A stretch of 64,000 nucleotides of DNA from Kudoa neothunni (Eukaryota > Animalia > Cnidaria). Below, one piece after another: positions 22,401 to 35,187 of the stretch. A model generated the notes under the pieces. The model saw only the letters and a program-made list of their open reading frames with translations, searched no databases and was not told the DNA's origin. The stretch lies in the NCBI GenBank assembly GCA_964304625.1, contig OZ199840.1, positions 2,086,532-2,150,531 on the forward strand, written 5' to 3'. Made by a program: the position numbers and the translations under genes. The first letter of the stretch is position 1; the number at the start of each line of letters is the position of its first letter.

Positions 22401-25400
22401 GAATTTGTTCCAAAACGAAAACTAAATCACACAACATCGTTACTTCACCCACAGGCATTTTAGAAGCCAAAAATATAACGTTCATTTTTTTATGCTTTTG
22501 AGTTGTTTATGTCGAAAGACATAATTGATAAGATGGTAAAATACACCAACAAATATAATGAAGAAACTAACCCAGAGACACACACGACAATAACTAAAAA
22601 TGAAATAAAAGCATTTATAGGCATATTAATTGCTGCTGGGCGTTCAAATGGTAGGGTGCTTGCTCATAGGAATATGTGGGATGGTAGTCCATTATTCAAA
22701 CCATTATTCTTCTCCACAGTGATGTCCAGAAACAGATTCACTTATCTTTATATGAAAATCCGTTTCAACGATAATGCAAATAGAATTTATCGGTTTCAAA
22801 TTACAAACGACAAATTCGAACCTTGCCGCTAAATTTTCAATCTGTTTAATGAAAATGGCCTGAAATATTATTCACCAGGCACGAACATTACAGTGGATGA
22901 AAGGTTAGTAAGGTTTAGGGGTAAATGTCCGTTTCGGGTATACATGAAGAGCAAGCCCGGACGATTCGGGATCAAACCTTGGGTGGCTGCAGACGTAGAA
23001 ACGTCATACCTATTAAACACTCAACCGTATATACTGGGAAGATCGGTGGAACAAGGGAAATAAATCAGGCTGAAAATGTTGTCACAAGACTTGTCTCACC
23101 ATTTTATGGAATTGGCCGAGGAGTGACCGTAGACAACTTTTTTACCTCCGTTTCTTTAGCCACGAAACTCCTCAAAGAGAACCTGATATTGACAGGGAAA
23201 AATTAGGTAGAATAAACGCGATATCCCCAAAGAATTTTTAAAATCGCCACGTCGAGAGGTTTTCTGGTGATCTTTCACTTACTTCCTATGTACCCAAAAA
23301 AAACTATGCGGTCAATATATTGTCTACCGAATTCCATGACTCTTCAACAGAAGACACGTATAGAAAAATACCAACGGTGATTCTTCACTATAACAAAACC
23401 AAAGGTGGTGTTGATAATGGGGACAAAATGACCCAGTCATACTCCTGTTCGCGACCTACCCGTAGATGACCACTGAAGATTTTCATGGAAATCATTGATA
23501 TGACTGCGTTGAACGCATATATTATTTGGATCCAAAAAAATTCTGATTGGAAAAAAATGATCGTAGCAAGCGACAGAAATTTATTCGCGAGCTGGCCATA
23601 GAATTGGCAACACCCAATGTAGCATATTGTCGTGAGAATTCCCATACTCTTCAATCCCACATAAAGTATGGTTTCCAATTTTTTGAAATCATTACCAATA
23701 ATGACGATTTGACGATATCTGAATCAAATTCTACTCAACAATCAAAGAGAAATAGATGCCATTTTTGTCCTCGGAATAAGGATAAAAAATCCAGCCTGAG
23801 ATGTTTCAACTGCTTCAATTTTGTTTGCATAAAACATAGAGTAAAAAGAAATATTATTTATTGTTTGGATTGTACCAATTCTTTGAATAAATCGTGTTAA
23901 CATATTTTTTTTATTCAGCATATGCTTGCAGATTATAAGTTATACACAAATTTTCACTAATAATTGAGTGCGATGTGTAATTCATTTTACGATCTCTAAT
24001 GCATTATCATTTATGACATATACAATTTTGGTTTATTATAATAAATAAATTCTACCTAAGGCTCAACGGATTCACAATTTTTGGATTTGTACACAGTCAT
24101 GCTATTTGGGATAAAAAATATCGGCCTGTTGAAAAAACGAATAAAATTAATCTCGCTACCGAGGAAAGAATAATGTTTTTACAAAATAATTCTCTACTTT
24201 GAGAAATTTTACCAATTATGACTCGTAAAATTAAGATATCTATCTACATAAAAGTAGATATTCTAATTTCTGTTTTCGCTACTATTTTGCGAATTTCAAA
24301 AATAATAAAATAATGACAAGACGAAAGTGATTTTGTCGTACAAATAAATATTAAAAATAATTACTTAAGAATATAACAGATATGTTGAATATTATTTTTT
24401 GATGTCTTAAACAATGATGCTCAAATAATGCAAACTGAAGTCACTGCATCATTTATTGTTTAAAAATATTATCATTTTGTGTATTATTCCATGGATGGTA
24501 GCTATTGACACGGAAAATAATATTTAGAGGTCACTAATTTTGGCTATATTTAATTATTTATATCACATCGCTTCGCTTTTTCCCGTCAGGAATAATTAAA
24601 TAGAGCTGATTCTAAACGATTAAATCTGTACAAAGCTTGTGAGTAAGAGTCGCTGAGATTAAAAATTTATATTGAGTAAGCGTACATCCAGTTTATGACT
24701 AAATTTTATTGTGTCTATAGCATCTGCCTACTAAACTTTAGGAAATAATATAGATCAGCATTGGATAATAGAAGTCTTCGCTCTTATAGCTTAAATTTGA
24801 TCAAATCGGCAATCACATCAATCAATCATTAGCTACGGATTCACCGACTTTACCGAAAAGCGATGAGTATTTAGTTGTTGCGATAGTCATGATTTTTTCT
24901 AATTACTCATAATTTTTTGATCATTAGCCTTCCATATATCCTGTTTCGGTAATAAACTGATAATATTTGCTATTTATGCCACATTTTGATGCATTTGTAT
25001 CATTTTTCGTGCAATGGTTTTCGTCATGAACAAAATGATTTATGTATAGGTCAAATAATAAAAACTAATTTTATTGGGCATGAATTATCATATTTTTGTC
25101 TCTTATTTTTGGTGAAATAGTTTCTAGCAGATTGAACAAATTTAAGGTGTATTTCGGCTGGAATACGTTAGTGACCCCAGTTGGTCACCCACGTTCTGTT
25201 ATCGTAGTTGGTCCAGGAAGGGATAAAGGTTGGTAGAAAATAATTTATAGTGAACTTATTATATCACAATTAATTAGCTCCTGAGGACAAATAAGGGGAG
25301 ATTATTTAATTTTCATGACTGATGTTATCTATTAGATATTTGAGATCATTTTTAATATATAATCCTTTTTTCGATTATCCCTTTATAGCTCACACTTAAA

Positions 25401-25712
25401 AGAGAATATTTGGAAATTACATTATGATATGAAACGATTTTTAATGAAGTTATTGTTTATTTTTTAAACTATATTCTTTCTTACAACTATTGTTTGTAGC
25501 AATATTAGAATTTTAATACTAAATTCACTTAGGCAAGATGTTTGTGATGAATTATTTTAAACCTATTAAATACAATGTATATTAAAGATTTTTGAACTAA
25601 AATAAGCATTTTAATTGTGAGGAGTAGATATATAAATTTAAATTTATTCGAAAAAAAAATTTTCCGCGCATGATGTTGGAGCCTCTCGCGGAGCGTAGTT
25701 TGCCCATCCCTG
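19441..25712 (-). mobile_element. hAT (Buster/SPIN, GTF2IRD2-like) element with pseudogenised transposase (about 19811-21490) and a nested piggyBac
   Basis: TIRs CAGGGGTGGGGCAAAC / GTTTGCCCATCCCTG; 8-bp TSD ttaTAtag / ttacagag; motifs IALDENADATDIAQL, TTDGAPSL, FHCIIHQE, VRWLS, STYICEQTFS. Confidence 0.9.
21772..25222 (+). mobile_element. piggyBac element with frameshifted transposase (about 22235-23900) and C-terminal Cys-rich domain
   Basis: TTAA|CCCTTCCGGTACCAACT ... AGTTGGTCCAGGAAGGG|ATAA; ITVDE, VTVDNFFTS, YNKTKGGVD, RCHFC...CFNC...CIKH. Confidence 0.92.
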
Positions 25713-26309
25713 TTACAGAGAGACATTTATGAAAGTAAAAAAAAATCAGTGTTTCAACAAAATCATTAAGTTATTTTTAAAGCGCCAAATTTCCCAAATG
25801 GTGTTTAAAATATAGTCATTTTGTCGATTCAAGGTTTGTTAAGCGGATTACCTGATTTCAACTGTATGATTAACACCTGCTTATGTCTTAGTAATGGTCG
25901 GTTGAAGTTAATCGTCCCCTTATAATCTTTTCCAAATATCAAATAAATGATGTCATATATTTTTATGTGTAAGATTGTCGTGTCAATTTGAGTGTTTGCA
26001 CAAATGTGTTCCTTATTCTTATTTCTGTAGTTTTAACGTATTTTACATGATAAGCATATTTTGAAAGTTCCATTAACGATTTTAGATATGACACAAAGTC
26101 TATAATTACATTATTAATAGTGAGTTGATACTGCATTTTGTAATCAGATAGATTGATGTATTGTAAAGCAAGTATTGTGTCCGTAGATTTCATTGAAATC
26201 GTCCGGTATGTTGAACTTTCAGTGATTAAATTCAATGCATATGGTTGCAGGTATACTTCATTCGATTAATTAAGTTGGTTGTGTTGATATCGACACGATT
26301 TGCGGATGA

Positions 26310-26772
26310 TTGTGGGAAAACAGTGCATTAAAGTTTATGCCGTACCAAAGGATATTTATTTGAGAAATAAAAATTTGTTTTCTCAAGTTTTCTTCCATCT
26401 CTGTCTTTTTTTATTTATCCTGAAAGGTATGGAAAAAAATTTCTGAGCCGGACCAAAAAATAACGTTTTAAATAGCACTTTGGGAGAGTTTAACTAATTC
26501 GGAATGAAAATCAATATGATACTCACCTTCATTTATTTAGCACTGGTGCTGGGACAAGAAATTGTTAATTAAAATCCAGGATTAATACACTCCTGCACAG
26601 AAATTATCATGATTTAAATTTCGAAATAAAAATCAACAAAGTATGATGATTACAAAAAATTTAGTTTGACTGTTTCTATAAATCAATTTGAAACATAATA
26701 TTTTTTTGAATGATATTAAAAAACATCCCTATGCGAAATCTCCCCAAAAGCAATGCTTGGCAGTTCCGCTAG
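26310..26772 (+). mobile_element. Non-autonomous Helitron-like family, copy A, 3' end
   Basis: Ends ...ccccaaaagcaatgcttggcagttccgCTAG|T (subterminal hairpin plus CTAG); similar to 30459-33000 and 48765-49255 in reverse orientation. Confidence 0.65.
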
Positions 26773-26777
26773 TGTTT

Positions 26778-29700
26778 AATATAATACCTTCTCTATTAAT
26801 TATTAGATGAAGTAACGAATAAATAAAACCTCATATCTAATCCTCTAAAAATTATTACTTGGATGAATGAATTGAAAATTGTATATTATTTTTTATTTAG
26901 CAGTGAGCTTAAAAAACCTTCATGGTGGACGCATAAGAGGTTTAACCATGGATTCACCTTCTATTACAACAGATCGATATCATAGATCTTGTGTATCCCC
27001 CTCCCACGGTGTAATATATAATGTTATTTCTTTGACATTAAGAATTTAAACTTGAGACTTACATTTTTCACTATTTTGCATACCTGATTTGAATTTGGTT
27101 TTCAAGAGATTAATATTTATTCTTATCATAAGCTATAATACAAAATTTATTTGTAAATAAGTGATTGATTAATTTTTTTTGGTATCTTACTTCCAATTTA
27201 TGTGTAAAACTGATTTAGTGATTAGGTTACTTATGAGTTAAGCGTTTCTAATGCTATGAAAGCTCATTATATCTTGATCAGTTAAGAATTGAACTTTCTA
27301 TATATTTGATTAACACAATGATTACAAATACAATAATTATTGCTTTTTTAATAGCCAATACAGGTAATTGAGTTAATCGGTTATTTGATTTAGTTTAAAA
27401 ATTCTAATTTAGTTGATAATGAACATGATTCTATAGCGGTTGAAGTATAATATATAATTTTTCGTTGAAGTCGACGTATTTCATATTGTTTTATTATAGA
27501 TGCGGCGAAATTCTAGATACATTAGGCGGATTGAGAAAACCAGATATGTCCATATTGACGTACATAAGGCTCTAAGCACGGTAAATATTAAATTTACAGG
27601 TTATAAAATGGCAATTTATTCAAGCTCGAACTTGACGATAAAGATCCTACACATTTGGAATCTTTAATAATTAAATCAATGCAAGTACTTGTATTTTTCT
27701 AGGCCCACAACAATTTTATTTTGTTAAGTGTTATTCATGGCACAACATAAAAATAATTATAAAATCGTTCAAACTAAGCAATTTCCAGGAGAAAGAAAAG
27801 AATTTAAACCAAATGATTTTCCAATTTCATAATTTCCTCACTAAATTTTCAATCGATAGGGGATACCATTTAATTTTTGTGTAAGTGATTTTGTTATCAA
27901 TTTGTATTGGTCATTATACGTAAGGTATCAACCGTATATACAAGGTGGTGGTATTATGGGTATAGCACTACCTAATAACATCGGAGTTCCAGCGTTAGGT
28001 GTCGCCATCGTACAGGTATATATTTATTTAAAACAATCTAATGCACTCAATAAATAGATATCTAAGGAAGAAAAACTAGATGTAGAAACAAATCACAGAA
28101 CATTCCAACATGAATTAGGACATATACTTGGGTGTCCTCATGTTCTAAGAGGCGGTAATTCATTATTTGTCACAAAGTTATAATTTATTTTTATGATAAA
28201 GAAAGCCAATGTTTTAATGAAAAATATGGATGTGTCATGATACCAGTTTACCCCGAATGGTACATTGAGGAAATAGTTACATAATAAATTTTTTGCTAGG
28301 CCAGATAGCCTATCGTACCCACCAGCCTTTAGTGTAAAAGGATTCGAATACCTAAAATCACACCTCAGTAAACTTCATACAAATGACTTTTTACTTGTAT
28401 CCAAAAATATTATTAAAATAAAAACATTTTATTTAATGCAATGTAGAATAATGTCAACCACCCTAAATTTCAGTTCTGCGGAAATGGTATGGTAGATCCT
28501 GGGGAAGAATGCGATTGTGGATTCGAAGCTAACTGTATCATCAGTGGTGAAATCAACTGTTGTAATATGACCACCTGCAAATTCAAGCCAAATGCTGAGT
28601 GTTCGAAAGGGGAATGCTGTGAATCTTGCAAAGTATCTGATTTTTCTATTCTCACATTATTATTGGTTCGTGATCTCTACAAAGATAAAAAGTGGTGGTG
28701 TATGTCGACAAGCTGGTGAATGTCACCTGGAAGATACGTGTTCCGGGAAGAGCCCTTTCGTAAGCGATATGGTAATGAGATTTTATTTCTAAAACAGTTT
28801 AGTGCCCCGGAGCGAAAAATAAACCAGACGGAACTCCCTGTCGATCAGGCAGAGTTAAATAAATCAATTTAATATGAGCTATTTAATTAAATATTTCTAT
28901 ACGTAGTCATTTTGTGTCAGTGGAATTTGTCCAGATTCTTATCAACAATGTAGAACAACCCAAAACTCGAGTAAGGAAATGGGTTCAAACTCTGGCGAAA
29001 ATTAAATTTTCGTGCATAGCGAGTGCGAGATACGAACCAAGATGTCAAAAGCTAATCGATAACATGGGAATATATGATTTGACACCACCGGAAGAAAAAT
29101 TCGAGTAATTGTAATATTGATGAGCATTTCAAAATTTTCGTGAGGGGTTCATATTGTGGCGCATTGCCCTGTTTTTCCTCTGATGGAAGAAACATACTTG
29201 GAAAATCATATTACAGTCGAGAATTGGGAGGAAGATGCATGTAATAATTACTTTATCTGGTAGTTTAAACTTATTCAACTCTAGATTGTTGGATAATTAC
29301 ATCAAGGATGATTTTCAAGGACTTATTCCAAACGGTCATAAATGTGGCGAAAATAGAGTGATATATGGTTTTGTTGGTGTTCTGATGTGCAATTTAACGT
29401 AGATGTGCATGAACAATAGATGTATTAATGCCATAGAAAATTTGGAAAAATGTAAAAACATAAGATGTCCTGATGGAATAGTAACGTAGCTAATAATTTC
29501 CGTTTTAATTGAATTAAGATTTGTGTAATGGGCAAATGTGTATCAAAGTACAATGATCTGAGTCCTTGCAAAGATATGGCATGTGGTGCAAATCAAGTAA
29601 ACCATCATATATACGGTTTACTCATTAAAGTTGAAAAAATTTAGTATTGCAATAAAGAAGGAATGTGTGCCTATTATATTACGTAAGGTGCATAATTATA

Positions 29701-30486
29701 TAAAAACTTATATTTGTTTCAGGCCAGAAGACCCTTCATCCGCTCATAAAATTAGTTTTGTTCCTTCAAAATTTTCCAATTCGTAAGATTAATATTCTAA
29801 AGAACAAAAGAGATTTACTTCATTTTTTATAAACATTAAAGTTAAAGTGTATATTTTTAATAGAGTATTACAATGTACTCATTTTAAATATCCTTTTTAA
29901 TCATTATTATTAATTATGTGAATTAATTTTATTTAATATATAAACAATTAACATAAGAGATAATTCATATCCATCGTACTCTAAATATATTTTAGGCCTG
30001 TGTTTTCGGATGAAATTTATATGGGCCATAAATCAAGAAGTAATAATTCTTATAAACAATCACATAATTATTTGTAGATATATTATTTCTGGTTTTACTC
30101 TGCATCTATGGAATTCTCGTTATTGCCATGTAATAACATGATCAACATAAAATTCATTGTGATATCAATATTAATTTAGATTGGTTTACACTTTTGTGTT
30201 TTGGAAGATGAAAGGATACTGAAATAGCGACTAGCTTGAAATGCATAAATATGACTATTCTCTAGATTTTAGATTTATTTTAGTCATTTCGTTAATAAAT
30301 CATTTATTTGTATCATATTCGTAAAATAGCCTTATTTACTCAATTCATAAATAGGGTAGTAAACATGTTTAATTTTAATTAATATATATTATACATGGAT
30401 ACTTAATACAATGATCCATATTAGTTATTGAAATAAAACTTAACAATTATATTATTAACTGGCGTGAATTGCCCAGCGTTGCTTGG
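26778..30486 (+). repeat. 3.7-kb inverted segmental duplication, copy 1 (partner 58868-62589)
   Basis: Reverse-complement identity about 99%; mirrored ORFs such as 28914-29108 vs 60246-60440 (coordinate sum 89354). Confidence 0.97.
26901..29786 (+). CDS. ADAM/reprolysin metalloprotease-disintegrin, copy 1, multi-exon, probably 5'-truncated; no TM segment
   Basis: Prodomain exon ([13 protein letters not shown]), [20 protein letters not shown] (28109-28141), Met-turn [18 protein letters not shown] disintegrin, Cys-rich domain, stop at 29784-29786; introns about 40 nt. Confidence 0.85.
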
Positions 30487-30515
30487 GGAATGATTTCGCA
30501 TAGAGAAGGTTCTTA

Positions 30516-31221
30516 CCGGGTTTTGCATCCAAAGTCGAACTATTTGATAGTCAAAGTCTAAATTTTAATAAACAAATTTAAAGTCATTAAAAAATAGAAA
30601 TTAAAAATATTAGATTTATTGTTAAGGTGTATTACAGCTTAGTTAATGCAATGGAAGAGAGTACGTAACGCAACTAAACAAAAAGTAATAGATAAATTGT
30701 TATTTTACGTTTCAGTTAATTTCTTTCAATATCAAGTAATGCATGACATTTTCCAAGGAAAGTTTCCACATTCTGATAATAATTCTTCAAATTATTGGAA
30801 CTTACAGCATTGGAGGCTTCTTTCATCCTATTGAGGAGATCATCTCTTCCTCTTATAGGGCCGTCGCGCCGAATTTTTGATTTTATCAAGTTGTTCTTCA
30901 CCTCTGAAGTAAGAAAAATGGTTTCTACAACCTCCCTTAGGTGCTTTATGGATTTTTTTCTGAACTTCTATAGTCTTTGATTATTCCACAAAGGGTTAAT
31001 TTGGGAATGTCAAAAGATTCAACAACTTCTCGTTGGCTCTTACCCTTATTTACAATCAAATCTATCACTCTCTCGCGGTTCCTATTCGAATGACTTTGCT
31101 GCTTTGACATTCTAACCAACGTGAGAACAATTCAGTACAACTCGTCCTTAAAAGTTCAATTCGTGACCAAAAAAAGGTCATTTAGAATGTTTAAAGTTCG
31201 ACTTTGGGATGCGAAATCCGG
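30516..31221 (-). mobile_element. Internally deleted Tc1/IS630-like element
   Basis: TA|CCGGGTTTTGCATCCAAAGTCGAACT ... AGTTCGACTTTGGGATGCGAAATCCGG|TA; transposase N- and C-terminal remnants (ORF 30716-30901). Confidence 0.85.
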
Positions 31222-31462
31222 TAATTAGATTCAAAAAATATGTTAATGTTTCGAATTATCCTATAGAAGCTGTCAAACTAATTTTTTTAGAACATAATAC
31301 TTTGTCGATTTTAATTTAGAATTTTAAATCGTGATCACTTCCGTGCAAGAGAGTATCAATCCGGGTTTTTAATTTGCAATTTCCTGCCCCGACACCAAAG
31401 CTAAATAATTTAAGGTTAGTGTAATATTTATTTTCATTCCCAAATTATTTAAACTCTCTTAA

Positions 31463-32344
31463 CCTTCTAAATAGCTGAAACATTTTCACCCTCCAAATAA
31501 AAATGAGGTAGAAATCTACGCCGCCTTTTTATTTGATAGAACTATTTCAAATGAAATTCAGCATTGACTGACAAAATAGGAGTAAAATTCATTGAGTACA
31601 TTTTGAATAATTGGCCAATTATTAAAGTTATATTCTGTGCACGCATGCGCACACATTTATGCTGTTACGTTTCTTTGGAGTATGATTGTTTTTATAGGTG
31701 TATTTCTGAGGTTTTTTAGTTTTAACGTTTAATTCAAGTTTTATAACAGCTGCCAATTAATTTTTCTTATTTTAAACTAAGTAGTGTAATATTGCGTAAA
31801 AAAAACACAAAACGATGGAAAACAGTGCTTATTTCACAACAAGTTATTCCATATGTTTTTAATGCTCTCTACAATACGAAACTAAGAATATTGATCAACA
31901 GTTTCACATATGTTTTAAGATGCTCCCTACAACGTAGAAATAAGCAAACTGGCAAAAAGTCATCGTATTTTGAATAGCTGGTATAAAAATAGTGAGAGAA
32001 TGAGGAGCTATCGTTGTATCCCTGAGAGAACGACATGCTTGTCGACGCTGCGCATGCGGGGGTGACATGGCGTGTATATTGTTTCGTTATTTATTCATTA
32101 TTTACTCAATAGAATTTTCGTAAATTTTTAAAAATCACATGTATCAATATTTTAAATAATTTTAGTCGGAAGGTGTTTCACATTAACTTTTTTGATATAT
32201 GACAAAATTTCAACTCATTTTTCTGAAAGTTTTCATAAAGATAAAAGATTGCAAAAAGTGGAGAGCAGTTATTTTCCATTTATACACTATAATGTTGTTG
32301 GCAAAATTTACTTGTGGTAGAAATCTACCCCCATTTAATTTAAA
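31463..32344. mobile_element. TTAA-inserted MITE (piggyBac-like)
   Basis: Flanked by TTAA (31459 and 32345) at a site uninterrupted in Helitron-like copy C; GGTAGAAATCTAC palindrome near both ends (about 31506 and 32316). Confidence 0.5.
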
Positions 32345-33022
32345 TTAAAGTGCAATCTAATACGTTATTTTTTGGGCGAGGGATTTTTAAAGTCGAATTC
32401 TGGACGGACTCAGAAAATGTGTGCACCGCAAACTTTTCAAGGGATAAAAAATAGAAAAAGTAATCGTGATGAAGAAAACACAAGAAAATTAATTTTTGTT
32501 GCTCAAATGAATATCCTTTGGACCCGCATAAACTTAATGCGCTTTTTTCAACAAACACTGGATTATTTTGTTTCTTTCTTAGTCATTAACACAAAAGTTG
32601 TTTATTGTTACTATTTACGAATTGTTACCACTTATATTTAACAATTTTATATAAACTAACTAAAAATTAACTTTTTACAGATTTCACAAAAATATCTCAT
32701 TTTTTACTATAATAAAAATGCTTTGTGAACATTGAAATGTAGATATTAAAGTAGTAAGATTTATTTTAGTTTATAATTTATTTTATTTAATTTTTTATTA
32801 GAAATTAATAAATTATTAAGGTTTTATTATTAAAATTCAGGAACCTAATTTTTAAACATGATTGTATTAATTTTTTTACCTTGAAATATGTGTAAAACAT
32901 TGAAAAAAAAATTTAACTATATTTTTATTAGTTTATAGGTTTTTTTATACGTCGAATTTCCTAACAAAAAATTCGGAAAAATACACAAAGCGAAAACTCG
33001 CCGGCGCATTTATTTATAATTA

Positions 33023-34388
33023 TAGGGTTTTCCGAGCTTTAATGACAAGGTATTTAAGATAGCTATATAATTAGGTAAAAAATGCGAAAATATTACTTTA
33101 AATTTCGAATGAACAAAAAATAATAATTTGGGGAATTTGAAAAAGATATTCAAGCATTATCGTATAATTTATACTTATTCTAGAATAATTTCTCGTTTCA
33201 AACATTTGCTGATATATCAAAGCATTTTTCGATAATAATTTGAACAGTCGTTGGTGGTAATAACTTTGAAACCATCATCTATTAAATTTAAAAGGTCGCT
33301 TTCATTTCTCGCTTGTCCTCTCACAACATGGTTTTTCCATTTGCTGAAAACATTTTCAATTGGATTCATGAAGGGTGAATACGGAGGTAAATACATCAAC
33401 GTTCGTTGTAACGTTGCTAAAATTTCGCCAAGTCCCCGATAATGATGTATCCCTGCATTATCGAGTATGAAGCATGGATCTTCAATTTCCAAGAAGCGGC
33501 ACAAATCTGCCAACTCAATGAGGAACTCTTTAGAATCTTCGCCATTTGCTGGTCTCCGATTTATTTTATACAGCACCATGCCATACTTATTCATCGTTGC
33601 TGTGACGGATATGTTTCTTGACTTGATGGCTTTTACGTTTACATATGCTGATGCACCAGCAAGCGAACGATTCCGTCTTGTACGTGACGATACAATAAAA
33701 CCAACTTCGACAATAAAAACAAAGTTGTTGCCTTCTGCCTCAAACAATTTTGAATTGAACTCTTGGGTGTACACAAAACGTTTTTTCCGCTGTATCATCA
33801 GAGTTTCTTCGTTCAAGAACAATGATGAGCATTTTTAAAGAATAATGGAATTCTTTAAGGCATCTATTTATTCTGCTAACGCTAACATTCACGCCACATT
33901 CGTCTAATAATTTTTTGACGAAGAGTCTTAAGGGTAATGGTGGGCGTCTTCATCCACCCAACTTCTAATCCTCAACTTTTGATCTTCATTGAGCTTTGAA
34001 GGAAAGTCACCATCCCCTTTTAATGACTTTTCTTTCCCATCGAGAAGGTATGATTTTGCAATTGAAGCAACAGTTTGTCGCCTAATTCCAATATTTTCAG
34101 CGATGACGGCATTGCTGTAACCCAATTCGCATTGATTAGCAATCATTGTCCTATCTTGGTCACTTATTGTTTGTCTCTTAAATTTGGTTTGAGTTGTCAT
34201 GTGAGAATCATCGCTATTATCTGTTTTCAGAGTTCATAAATATTAAACTAACGTGTAATGCTAAATTTTTATCATTCATCTTCTTATTTTTATTCGATTA
34301 ATTTATAATATGAGCTTAATTATAAGCTTAAATTACACAAGTGTCACCATAGCTTGACACGATGTCACTAGAGCTCGGGAAAACCCTA
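33023..34388 (-). mobile_element. Tc1/IS630-like (DD34E) transposon, pseudogenised
   Basis: TA TSDs, TIRs TAGGGTTTTCCGAGCT; HTH ORF 33928-34200; ILDNAGIHH and LPPYSPFMNPIE with 34 residues between D and E; first catalytic D mutated (FIVEVGF). Confidence 0.92.
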
Positions 34389-35187
34389 TAATATTCGTTA
34401 TAATTATGAAACGACAAAAAACTCCGAATATATAATAAATACAACTAAATCAATTTCCAATTGTAAGTTTTTGCTATGCTCTCTAGATAGAATAATCCAT
34501 AATATCGGTGATAATTCGACGTTATTTCCTTCAATTTGGTAAACTTCTTTCTTAAAATTTCCCGCTGAAGAAGGATTGCACATCAGAAAATTAGTCTTGC
34601 TCAATAAGGCTCTGAGTCTCTTAATTTCTCAATGAATATTGGTAATCCAGGATGTGTTTGATCAAAACAGCCGTAAAAATGACGATGAAAATTGTCGGCA
34701 GCATTAGTTGTTAGATCAGTTCCATCCATTAGTCTATCATACGCATTCCATGGTGAATTTTGATACTTTTAATGTTGTCATTAAAATTCGTATAATTATT
34801 TCTGAGGAAGAAATGCTTGCTGTGAACAACCAGCTAGCTATAAGAGAATCAATTAATTATTTAAAAAATCAGAATATAATATATTCGACTAAATGTTTAA
34901 AAATAACCCCACTTGAAAAGTATCTTAAGTATAATAAAGAGGTGTTTAAATATAGCGGAGAAAGCCAAGCCTCTTAATTTTGTGATTCTGTTCAGATAAT
35001 CTGTGATTCGTTCTCCCTATCGAGCAAAGGTGGTAATAATTTGAGAAGTTGTTCTAATTATTAGAATAGGTGGATCGTATATTATCTATTTCAATACTTG
35101 TGTGTACTAACGTAGCTACACGTTGCCAAGATTTTGATTAGTGTTTATTTGGGCGTGATATCGAAAAATTATAAAGTTTGATTGTCG

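Larger units (their letters stand above)
30459..33000 (-). mobile_element. Helitron-like family, copy B, interrupted by two nested elements
   Basis: Minus-strand 3' end ccccaagcaacgctgggcaattcacgCCAG|T; body aligns with copies A and C and with 55330-55780. Confidence 0.65.

Noticed and set aside
27685-27702. Possible 18-nt ultra-short intron in ADAM (gtacttgtatttttctag)
   Set aside because: The acceptor at 27728 gives a 44-nt intron and the reprolysin-like frame [11 protein letters not shown], which fits better.
26778-30486. Inverted duplication as a pure assembly artefact
   Set aside because: Not favoured: the copies differ at many sites and the junctions are mutually consistent with one rearrangement. 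It cannot be fully excluded without reads.
34404-34977. Short ORFs 34404-34604 and 34708-34977 (also 25963-26235)
   Set aside because: No motif, splice structure or homology recognisable by eye.
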